Source: Mycobacterium tuberculosis H37Rv (lineage in GTDB: Bacteria; Actinomycetota; Actinomycetes; Mycobacteriales; Mycobacteriaceae). From it: a stretch of 32,000 bases of DNA. Of the stretch, positions 7,165 to 15,014 are shown in pieces (position 1 is the first letter of the stretch; every line of letters begins with the position of its first letter). The position numbers were made by a program, and so were the translations under genes. The notes under the pieces are model-generated. The model worked only from the letters and a program-made list of their open reading frames with translations, did not search any database and was not told the DNA's origin. The stretch lies in the NCBI RefSeq assembly GCF_000195955.2, contig NC_000962.3, forward strand, positions 3,840,001 to 3,872,000. The letters run 5' to 3'.

Positions 7165-7701
7165 ATGCATCCAATGATACCAGCGGAGTATATCTCCAAC
7201 ATAATATATGAAGGTCCGGGTGCTGACTCATTGTCTGCCGCCGCCGAGCAATTGCGACTAATGTATAACTCAGCTAACATGACGGCTAAGTCGCTCACCG
7301 ACAGGCTCGGCGAGCTGCAGGAGAACTGGAAAGGTAGTTCGTCGGACTTGATGGCCGACGCGGCTGGGCGGTATCTCGACTGGCTGACTAAACACTCTCG
7401 TCAAATTCTGGAAACCGCCTACGTGATCGACTTCCTCGCATACGTCTATGAGGAGACACGTCACAAGGTGGTACCCCCGGCGACTATCGCCAACAACCGC
7501 GAGGAGGTGCACAGGCTGATCGCGAGCAACGTGGCCGGGGTAAACACTCCAGCAATCGCAGGACTCGATGCACAATATCAGCAGTACCGGGCCCAAAATA
7601 TCGCTGTCATGAACGACTATCAAAGTACCGCCCGGTTTATCCTAGCGTATCTGCCCCGATGGCAGGAGCCGCCGCAGATCTACGGGGGCGGGGGCGGGTA
7701 G
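7165..7701 (+). CDS. PPE59: PPE family protein, short, PPE59 type
   Basis: 178-aa ORF. Its first 23 residues are identical to PPE57, and it then diverges. It ends ..PRWQEPPQIYGGGGG. Confidence 0.9.
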   Translation: MHPMIPAEYISNIIYEGPGADSLSAAAEQLRLMYNSANMTAKSLTDRLGELQENWKGSSSDLMADAAGRYLDWLTKHSRQILETAYVIDFLAYVYEETRHKVVPPATIANNREEVHRLIASNVAGVNTPAIAGLDAQYQQYRAQNIAVMNDYQSTARFILAYLPRWQEPPQIYGGGGG

Positions 7702-8805
7702 GTCCAGAAGGCCGGGGCGGAACCTGTCAACATTTCTGAGACACGATTTTCGGGGATTTATTGAGTCGGCTGGTCCTCCTTCGGTGGTGGGTTGATCGCG
7801 CTGAAGGCCGGTAGCGCGGGTGGCTCGGGTGGTTTGCGAACGAATCCGCTCGAGGTGGTCTCGGTAGGCGGTGTCCAGAACGGTGGCGCGGTGCCGGCGG
7901 ATCTGATCGGCGCGGCCGTAGTGCACGTCGGCGGGCGTGTGCAGTCCGATGCCGGAATGCTTGTGTTCGTGGTTGTACCAGCCGAAGAACCGGTCGCAGT
8001 GCACCCGGGCCGCCTCGATCGACTCGAACCGTTTCGGGAAGTCGGGCCGGTACTTGAGGGTCTTGAACTGGGCCTCAGACAACGGGTTGTCGTTGCTGGT
8101 GTGCGGGCGTGAGTGCGACTTGGTGACACCGAGGTCGGCCAGCAGCAGTGCCACCGGTTTGGAGCTCATCGACGAGCCGCGGTCGGCGTGCAGGGTCAGC
8201 TGGTCGGCGCTGATGTGCTGGGCGGCAAGGGTTTGCGCGATCAGCCGCTCGGCCAAGACCTTCGACTCACGCGAGGCCACCATCCACCCGACCACGTAGC
8301 GGGAGAAGATGTCGAGGATCACATACAGGTAGTAATAGCTCCACTTTGCTGGGCCACGCAGCTTGGTGATATCCCACGACCACACCGAATTCGGCTGATG
8401 AGCAACCAACTCTGGCTTCACCGCAGCCGGGTGGGTGGCCTGGCGGCGGCGATCACCGGTCTGGCCGCGCTCACGCAGCAGCCGATACATCGTGGACTCG
8501 CTGCACAGGTAGATGCCCTCGTCGAGCAGCGTGGCATATACCACCGCCGGCGCCATGTCAGCGAAGCGCTGCGAGTTCAGCACCGCCAGTACGTGCTCAC
8601 GTTCGGCCGCACTCAGCGCCCGCGGCTGCGCGCTCTCCCGCGGTCCCGACGGGTCGGTCACCGCCGTGCTGGTGAACGTATCCGATTGTGCCGACAACCG
8701 TTTCGAGTGGGCCCGGTAGTAGGAGGCCGGCGCACGACCGGTCGCCGCACACGCGGCCCGAACCCCGATCAACGGGATCATCTCCTCGATGGCCGTGTCG
8801 ATCAC
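7642..8805 (-). CDS. IS3-family transposase OrfB (DDE/rve core), C-terminus frameshifted
   Basis: Catalytic-core motifs: WSWDITKL, YLYVILDIFSRYVVGW, LHADRGSSM, NDNPLSEAQFKTLK. The annotatable 387-aa ORF leaves the IS at 7725 and ends inside the PPE59 3' region. The expected C-terminus, RFVRKPPEPPALPAFSAINPPPKEDQPTQ, lies in another frame and stops at 7758-7760. Confidence 0.85.
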   Translation of the reverse strand: MIDTAIEEMIPLIGVRAACAATGRAPASYYRAHSKRLSAQSDTFTSTAVTDPSGPRESAQPRALSAAEREHVLAVLNSQRFADMAPAVVYATLLDEGIYLCSESTMYRLLRERGQTGDRRRQATHPAAVKPELVAHQPNSVWSWDITKLRGPAKWSYYYLYVILDIFSRYVVGWMVASRESKVLAERLIAQTLAAQHISADQLTLHADRGSSMSSKPVALLLADLGVTKSHSRPHTSNDNPLSEAQFKTLKYRPDFPKRFESIEAARVHCDRFFGWYNHEHKHSGIGLHTPADVHYGRADQIRRHRATVLDTAYRDHLERIRSQTTRATRATGLQRDQPTTEGGPADSINPRKSCLRNVDRFRPGLLDLPAPAPVDLRRLLPSGQIR

Positions 8806-9305
8806 GCTCAGCGCTCACTCTCGCACATCGCCGCGCTGTCGGCTCAGAGCCTCTCCAAGAGCGCGGACAGTTCCCCCTGCACACGGATCACCTCGCGTGC
8901 GGTGTCGAGCTCGGCGCGCAGCCACGCGATCTCGGCGTCAGCGGCATTGGCGCCGGCCTTGCCCGGCTTGGGGCCCCGCCGCGCCGACAGCGCCGCCAAC
9001 GCCCCCCGATCACGCTGATGGCGCTATTCGGTCAGCAACGACGAATACAGGTTCTCCCGCCGCAAGATCGCACCCCTTTCCGTGCGATCGGCGCGGTCAT
9101 ACTCATCAAGGATCGCCAGCTTGTACTTCACGGTGAACGTACGCCGCTGCGCCCGCTCAGGCACCTGAGGATCAGGCACCTCGTCCACGGTGACCGACGA
9201 ACCCCGTCGGCCAGTACCAGCCCTATTAGTCAACCTCGTTCTCTTCGTACTCGCCCTCAGGCTCAGTAAACATCTCCACTCGCAGTGTCTCACTCAAGGT
9301 TGACA
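7725..9305 (-). mobile_element. IS3-family insertion sequence (I believe catalogued as IS1540), defective copy
   Basis: Imperfect inverted ends: TGTCAACATTTCTGAGACACGATTTTCGGGGATTTATTGAG (7725 onward) versus TGTCAACCTTGAGTGAGACACTGCGAGTGGAGATGTTTACTGAG (reverse complement from 9305). It has the orfA/orfB layout with orfB in the -1 frame. The ends are uncertain by a few bp. Confidence 0.8.
8844..9293 (-). pseudogene. IS3-family OrfA (HTH/leucine-zipper part) with in-frame TAG
   Basis: ..[43 protein letters not shown](9024-9026)-RHQRDRGALAALSARRGPKPGK...ELSALLERL, then stop (8844-8846). The TAG sits where IS3 OrfA proteins usually have Trp (TGG). The true start is probably a GTG near 9190. Confidence 0.7.
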
Positions 9306-10139
9306 GAGAGGGTCGGCGACGCGGTCCCACTGAGCGCCGACCTCCTCAGGGTCGGTGTGGGCGAAAATCGTCTTGACCGCCACGGTCACCGCCGGGGCGT
9401 GTTTGGCCGCTACCGCGGTGTACAGGTTTCGCATGAAATGCACCCGGCAACGCTGCCACGACGCCCCACTGAACTGTTGTGCCACAGCGGCTTTCAGCCC
9501 AGCATGGGCATCGGAGATCACCAGATGCACCCCGGTCAGCCCACGCGCTTTCAGTGAGGCCAAAAACTCACGCCAGAACTCGTAAGACTCGCTGTCACCC
9601 ACAGCGGTGCCCAACACTTCGCGGGTGCCGTCGATGGACACCCCGGTGGCCACCACCAGAGCCTGAGACACCACGTGCGCCCCGACACGCACCTTGCAGA
9701 AGGTCGCATCGCAGAACACATACGGGAACTCGGTGTGGGTCAAGCTGCGGGTCCGAAACGCCTCGATCTCGGTGTCCAGACCGGCGCAGATGCGTGAGAC
9801 CTCGGATTTAGACACCCCGGCCTGCACGCCCATCGCGGCCACCAGATCATCGACACTGCGCGTCGACACCCCGTGCACGTAGGCCTCCATGATCACCGCG
9901 TGCAACGCTTTATCGATGCGGCGGCGCCGCTCCAAAAGCGACGGGAAGAACGAACCGGCCCGCAGCTTGGGGATCTGCACCTCGATATCGCCGGCCGTGG
10001 TCGACACTGTCTTGGGCCGGTGCCCATTGCGGTGCACGATGCGCCCATCGGAGCGCTCGTAGCGGCCTGCACCGATCGCCTCGGTGGCTTCGGCCTCGAT
10101 CAACGCCTGCAACCCGGCACGGATCAGCTCGGCAAACAC
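9294..10139 (-). pseudogene. IS256-family (mutator-type) transposase fragment, truncated at both ends
   Basis: EAEATEAIGAGRYERSDGRIVHRNGHRPKTVSTTAGDIEVQIPKLRAGSFFP, GVSTRSVDDL and VISDAHAGLKAA align in my memory with IS1081-type transposases from about residue 35 to 305. The C-terminal ~110 aa are missing where the IS3 element abuts. Confidence 0.8.
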
Positions 10140-10371
10140 CGCCGAGGCATCAGCAGCTTCACTCGCGTTACGGACCGCTCAGTTGCTTCCCCCAACGGGG
10201 CTTTCGACGCTGGGCTTCGACCCTGCCCGTTTCCAAACCAAGCGGCCAGCCTGCTACCGGGCCTCCTGACAGCTACCCGGACCGGACTCCCACCGGCAGG
10301 CGACGACGAGCTTTGATCAGGTCATGACCTAAGACATCACCTCCTGATCACTGGGCGCACCGGCTGCAGTA

Positions 10372-11754
10372 CTAGTGCGCGAAATGCTGTGCGTCGAAGT
10401 GGCCACCCGGCTTGACCTTGTCCAGGGCAGCCAACGCGGTGACCGCGTCGTCGTGCAGGGCCCGCGCCAGGTCGGCGGAGAGTCCTTCCCGAACCACGAT
10501 CCGCAGCACCGCCACGTCGGTGGCGTTGTCCGGCATGGTGTAGGCGGGCACCTGCCACCCGAAGGTCCGCAGCTCATGGGAGACGTCGAACTCCGTGTAC
10601 CCGCGGTCGCCGGCGAGCCGGAAGCTGACCACCGGGATCGCCGAACCATCCGAGATCACCTCGCAATGATCCACCTCGCGCAGCTGGTCACCCAGCCACC
10701 GGGCGGTGTGCGACAGCGCCTGCATCACCTTGGTATAGCCGTCGCGCCCCAGCCGCAGGAAGTTGTAGTACTGGCCCACCACCTGGTTACCGGGACGGGA
10801 GAAGTTCAGGGTGAAGGTCGGCATGTCGCCGCCGAGGTAGTTGACCCGGAAAACCAGATCCTCCGGCAGGTGCTCGGGCCCGCGCCACACGACAAACCCG
10901 ACGCCGGGATAGGTCAGCCCATACTTGTGGCCGCTGACGTTGATCGACACCACGCGGGGCAGCCGAAAATCCCATACCAGGTCCGGATGCAAAAACGGCA
11001 CCACAAAGCCCCCACTGGCCGCGTCGACGTGTACCGGGACGTCCACACCCCCGCCAGCCGCCAGTTTGTCCAGCGCGGCGCAGATCTCGGCGATGGGTTC
11101 GAGTTCACCGGTATAGGTGGTGCCCAAGATCGCCACCACGCCGATGGTGTTCTCGTCGACGGCGGCGAGCACCTGCTCGGGGGTGATGACGTAGCGGCCC
11201 CGCTCCATCGGCAGGTAACGGGGTTCGACGTCGAAGTAGCGGCAGAACTTCTCCCACACCACCTGGACGTTCGAACCCATCACCAGATTGGGCATGCGCC
11301 CCTTCCAAGACCCCACCCGTTGCCGCCAACGCCATTTCAGGGCCAGCCCACCCAGCATCACCGCCTCGCTGGAGCCGATGGTGGACACCCCGGTGGCGCT
11401 GGTGGGGTCGTGGTCGCGCAGACCCTCGGCGTGAAACAGGTCGGCGACCATGGACACACAGCGCGCCTCGATGGCCGCGGTCGCCGGGTATTCGTCCTTA
11501 TCGATCATGTTCTTGTCGAACGTCTCGGCCATCAGCTTTTCGGCCTCCGGGTCCATCCAGGTGGTCACGAAGGTGGCCAGATTCAGCCGCGAGCTACCGT
11601 CGAGCATCAGCTCGTCGTGGATGAAGCGATAGGCCGCCTCGGGATCCATCGACTCATCGGGCATCCGCAGCGCCGGCACCGGTGCGGTGAACATCCGACC
11701 GGTGTAGGCCGGAGCGATCGAATGCGCGGGCACGGACGGGTGACTGCGAGACAC
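10372..11754 (-). CDS. gadB: glutamate decarboxylase (PLP-dependent)
   Basis: Start at GTG 11752-11754 after GAAAGGA (MSRSHPSVPAHS...), 460 aa. The PLP-lysine motif is SINVSGHKYGL. The 528-aa track ORF is an upstream extension. Confidence 0.92.
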   Translation of the reverse strand: MSRSHPSVPAHSIAPAYTGRMFTAPVPALRMPDESMDPEAAYRFIHDELMLDGSSRLNLATFVTTWMDPEAEKLMAETFDKNMIDKDEYPATAAIEARCVSMVADLFHAEGLRDHDPTSATGVSTIGSSEAVMLGGLALKWRWRQRVGSWKGRMPNLVMGSNVQVVWEKFCRYFDVEPRYLPMERGRYVITPEQVLAAVDENTIGVVAILGTTYTGELEPIAEICAALDKLAAGGGVDVPVHVDAASGGFVVPFLHPDLVWDFRLPRVVSINVSGHKYGLTYPGVGFVVWRGPEHLPEDLVFRVNYLGGDMPTFTLNFSRPGNQVVGQYYNFLRLGRDGYTKVMQALSHTARWLGDQLREVDHCEVISDGSAIPVVSFRLAGDRGYTEFDVSHELRTFGWQVPAYTMPDNATDVAVLRIVVREGLSADLARALHDDAVTALAALDKVKPGGHFDAQHFAH

Positions 11755-11791
11755 GGCGGATCCTTTCCGGGCTTGTTGCGGACTGGCAGGA

Positions 11792-13213
11792 CTACAGGGC
11801 AGCCAGAGCGGCCCGAATGTGGCCGCTGATGCGCGACGCCGACGTGGGCGCATCGCCGGGGCCGGGATCGGCGGCCGCGGCCGCCGATGCCCGGGCGTGC
11901 ACGAACGCCGCGGCCGCGGCCGCCTCCCCAGACGGCAATCCCGACGCCAGCAGCGCACCGATCATCCCGGACAGCACGTCACCGGACCCGGCGGTGGCCG
12001 CCCAGGACTGGCCGGCCGGATTGAGATAGACCGGGCCGCCGGGATCGGCGATGACGGTGACATTGCCCTTGAGCAGCACGGTGGCGCCCAGCGCGTCGGC
12101 CAGCTGGCGGCAGGCCCCCACGCGGTCGTCACCGGGCGGCGCCCCGGCCAGCCGGGCGAACTCACCGGCGTGCGGCGTCAAGACCGTCGGGGCGTTGCGG
12201 CCCGCCACCAGATCGGGGTGGTCCGCCAGCATGGTCAGCCCGTCGGCGTCGACCAACACCGGCAGGTCGGTGTCCAGCGCGAACCACAACGCGGCGGCCC
12301 CGGCTTCGTCGGTGCCCAGGCCCGGCCCGACGACCCAGGCCTGCACCCGCCCGGCCGCCGCCGGGGTGGGCGAGGCGATGACCTCCGGCCAGTGCGCGAG
12401 GACTTCCGCATGGGCGGTCCCGGCGTAGCGGACCATGCCGGAGGTGGCGGCGACGGCCGCCCCGGTGCACAGCACGGCCGCACCCGGATACGTCGACGAC
12501 CCGGCCAGCACGCCGGTCACGCCCTGGGTGTATTTGTCGTCGCGGGGACCGGGCACCGGCCAGCGCGCGGCCACGTCGGTAGCCTCGAAACCCAACACGT
12601 CGGTGTGCGCCAGGTCCAGCCCGATATCGACAAGGACGACGCGGCCGCAGTCGGCCAGCGCGTGCACCGGTTTGAGCCCGCCAAAGGTGACGGTCAGCGC
12701 GGCGTGCACGGCGGGGCCGGTGATCGCCCCGGTCGCCACATCGATGCCGCTGGGGATGTCGACGGCGACCACCGGTATGGCGGCGGCCTGAACCGCGGCG
12801 AACACCTGCGCGGCCGCCGGTCGCAGCGGCCCCGAGCCGGAGATGCCGACCACCCCGTCGATGACGAGATCGGTCGCCGCCGAGACACTCTCGACGAGGC
12901 GACCCCCGGATTTGGTGAACGCCGCCAGCGCCTTGCGATGCGTGCGGTCCGGGTTGAGCAGCACCGCGTCGGCGGCGGCGCCGCGGCGTCGCAGGAACGT
13001 CGCCGCCCACAGCGCGTCGCCACCGTTGTCGCCGGATCCGACGACCGCGCACACCCGGCGGCCGACCACCCCACCCGTGCGAGCGGTCAACTCACGGCCG
13101 ATCTCGGTGGCCAGCCCGAAGGCCGCGCGTCGCATCAGCGCACCGTCGGGCAGGCTGGCCAACAGGGGCGCCTCAGCCGCGCGGATGGTGTCGACAGAGT
13201 AGTAGTGGCGCAT
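11792..13213 (-). CDS. nnr: bifunctional NAD(P)H-hydrate repair enzyme (epimerase / ADP-dependent dehydratase)
   Basis: Start at ATG 13211-13213 (MRHYYSVDTIRAAE...), 473 aa. The YjeF-N motif is GSGDNGGDALWAA. C-terminal kinase-fold motifs are GPGLG and AGSGDVLSG. Confidence 0.85.
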   Translation of the reverse strand: MRHYYSVDTIRAAEAPLLASLPDGALMRRAAFGLATEIGRELTARTGGVVGRRVCAVVGSGDNGGDALWAATFLRRRGAAADAVLLNPDRTHRKALAAFTKSGGRLVESVSAATDLVIDGVVGISGSGPLRPAAAQVFAAVQAAAIPVVAVDIPSGIDVATGAITGPAVHAALTVTFGGLKPVHALADCGRVVLVDIGLDLAHTDVLGFEATDVAARWPVPGPRDDKYTQGVTGVLAGSSTYPGAAVLCTGAAVAATSGMVRYAGTAHAEVLAHWPEVIASPTPAAAGRVQAWVVGPGLGTDEAGAAALWFALDTDLPVLVDADGLTMLADHPDLVAGRNAPTVLTPHAGEFARLAGAPPGDDRVGACRQLADALGATVLLKGNVTVIADPGGPVYLNPAGQSWAATAGSGDVLSGMIGALLASGLPSGEAAAAAAFVHARASAAAAADPGPGDAPTSASRISGHIRAALAAL

Positions 13214-13214
13214 C

Positions 13215-13928
13215 TCAGGCCCGCCGTCCTCGGGTGCCGCGCCTGTGCAGCAGACTTTTGATTCTGGCCGGATTCCACAGCCGACCGTCGCGTTCCCGGG
13301 CCATCGGATAGAACAGCAGACCAATCAGGATGGACGCGAAGTGACCGACCGCGGTGAAGTCCAGCTCGGCTTTGTCCATCGCGATCAGCGGAAAACCAAA
13401 GATGACCAGCAGCACCCCGAGATAGCCCCAGCGCCACGGTTTGGCGATGTGATAGGTCAATACCGCCATCACACCGACCAGGAAGTAGCTGACCCCGATA
13501 TCACGAGCGTGCACCATCCTTTCGGAGGCGTCTCGGTGCTGGATCGCCAGATAGAGCAGGCCTTCGCTCAAATAGGTGGCACCGATGTGAGCGGTCAATC
13601 CCACGGTGAGCCAACGCAAGTGGCCGAGCCAATGCTCGGCGGGCGCTAGGAACAGGGTGAACAGCAGCAGGTACGGTTCCAAATTCCGGCCGTCGATCCA
13701 CAACAGGCTGGAAAACAGCACCTCGAGCGGATCGCGCCCCAACTCGGCGATGTTGGTGGACCGGTGCAGGAGCACGAAATGCAGCTGGCTCCCGGTGAGA
13801 TTGTTCTGGATGATCGTGGTGATCACCAACACGACCAGCCAGGCATAGGTCAACGGGGCGTTGCTGACGAAGTGCCACACCGCGAGCGCCCACGATCGCA
13901 GCCGTGCCACCACCGATGCGTCCGCCAC
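13215..13928 (-). CDS. conserved polytopic membrane protein (rhomboid-like motif order; Rv3434c type)
   Basis: 237-aa ORF with several hydrophobic segments. HRSTN (HxxxN), GVSY (GxSx) and GHFASILIG appear in that order. Its stop lies 1 nt upstream of the nnr start. Confidence 0.8.
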   Translation of the reverse strand: MADASVVARLRSWALAVWHFVSNAPLTYAWLVVLVITTIIQNNLTGSQLHFVLLHRSTNIAELGRDPLEVLFSSLLWIDGRNLEPYLLLFTLFLAPAEHWLGHLRWLTVGLTAHIGATYLSEGLLYLAIQHRDASERMVHARDIGVSYFLVGVMAVLTYHIAKPWRWGYLGVLLVIFGFPLIAMDKAELDFTAVGHFASILIGLLFYPMARERDGRLWNPARIKSLLHRRGTRGRRA

Positions 13929-13938
13929 GGGTCAACAC

Positions 13939-14793
13939 TTACATGGTTTCGTCGACGTCAGGCTTCAGGTGCCACCACCAGCAGAGGATATACAGCACCA
14001 TCGAGGTCACCAATGCGACGACCACCCAGAGTACGACCGTGACGTCGATCCAAAATCCGATTGGGGGCGCGTCGGGAAGCGCATTGCGCAGCGGTATCAC
14101 CGCAAAAAGCATTGCCGCATACCACGTTGTCATCGGCGGCTGGAATTGCCGCCGGCCACGTGCGGTTTGAACCGCAACGAACAGGCCCACCCCGGCCAGC
14201 GCGATCAACACACCGACGATGACGGTGCCGAATGCCACGCTGCTCGGCGATCGGTGCAACCCCACTCGGTACGGGGCAGGCACATTGGCGTCGCCGACAC
14301 CGGAAATGTCGACGTTCCAGCCCGGAAGCCGGTCGACGAATGTCACCGACACACGTTCCGGCGCGTGCGCGGCTCCGCGGTAGAGCTGGACCGTGATCGG
14401 CCCCGAACGGTAGTGGTCGAACGGCCAATTCGCGGGATCCCCGGAGATGGTCAGCGGGACGGGAAAGACGCCGGGCAGCGAACCACTCGACCAGGTGCGC
14501 TTGGTAGGCGTTACCACGGATGTGACCGTGACGGTGAGGTCGTCCTTGAGGCCCTGGGTTTGCGAATCCAGCAGCTCAGTCCCAGGTGACACGGCGAGGT
14601 TGGCAACCAGCACGCCCTTGATCGTCTGAAGCTGCTCGACGTGCAGGGTCACCGTGGTCCCGTCGGCCGTCGGCCGACCGTGGGCGACTTCATGAGGTCG
14701 GCCGAGGCCGGTGCTGTGATACAACGCGATCACGGTGACGTAGGCCGCAATCACGAGCACCAAACCGACAACGACTCTCAGGATGCGTCCCAA
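13939..14793 (-). CDS. conserved membrane protein (Rv3435c type)
   Basis: An N-terminal TM (LRVVVGLVLVIAAYVTVIAL), a central soluble domain, and C-terminal TMs. I chose the TTG start at 14791-14793 (284 aa) because the longer ATG start (14877, 312 aa) overlaps a PIN-domain remnant in another frame. The start is uncertain. Confidence 0.75.
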   Translation of the reverse strand: MGRILRVVVGLVLVIAAYVTVIALYHSTGLGRPHEVAHGRPTADGTTVTLHVEQLQTIKGVLVANLAVSPGTELLDSQTQGLKDDLTVTVTSVVTPTKRTWSSGSLPGVFPVPLTISGDPANWPFDHYRSGPITVQLYRGAAHAPERVSVTFVDRLPGWNVDISGVGDANVPAPYRVGLHRSPSSVAFGTVIVGVLIALAGVGLFVAVQTARGRRQFQPPMTTWYAAMLFAVIPLRNALPDAPPIGFWIDVTVVLWVVVALVTSMVLYILCWWWHLKPDVDETM

Positions 14794-14851
14794 CTCGCTA
14801 CCCGCCCACTTGTGCGTTCCGGCCCGGAAATTGTAACCGCGGGACCCCTCC

Positions 14852-14992
14852 GTCAGCGGATGCCACCGCCAGGCCACGTGATTGTGCGACAGCCGCCATC
14901 TTCCTGTGGTAGGTGATCATCGCCGTCAACTCCGCACCCAACGTCTCCGCGGTCGCCACGTGGATCGCGTCGAGTGTCTTGGGCCGCCAGGT
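14852..14992 (-). pseudogene. C-terminal remnant of a PIN-domain (VapC-like) toxin gene
   Basis: TLDAIHVATAETLGAELTAMITYHRKMAAVAQSRGLAV matches the VapC C-terminal pattern (xLDAxHxATAxxxGxxLxxxxTYDxxxAxAAxxxGLxV). TYD is changed to TYH. There is no room for the N-terminal half, because glmS ends at 15015. Confidence 0.6.
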
Positions 14993-15014
14993 CCCGTACC
15001 GTGAGCCACCTCGA

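Larger units (their letters stand above)
6461..7701 (+). repeat. segmental duplication, copy 2
   Basis: See copy 1. It begins 27 bp after the IS1532 end. Confidence 0.9.

Noticed and set aside
10314-10350. Inverted repeat tgatcagg..(aggtcatgacct palindrome)..cctgatca just downstream of gadB, as a terminator or IS end
   Set aside because: It has only an 8-bp stem with a 21-nt loop and no U-tract. I could not relate it to an IS256-type terminal repeat.
10375-13261. Very long plus-strand ORFs (484 aa and 480 aa) opposite gadB and nnr. Similar ones lie opposite Rv3446c-type (23510-24583), Rv3439c-type (18571-19707), glmS (15342-16178), the IS3 orfB (8113-9018) and istA (5665-6432).
   Set aside because: They are Arg/Pro/Gly-rich with no motifs, typical antisense open frames of high-GC DNA. 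The opposite strand carries clearly identifiable enzymes in each case.
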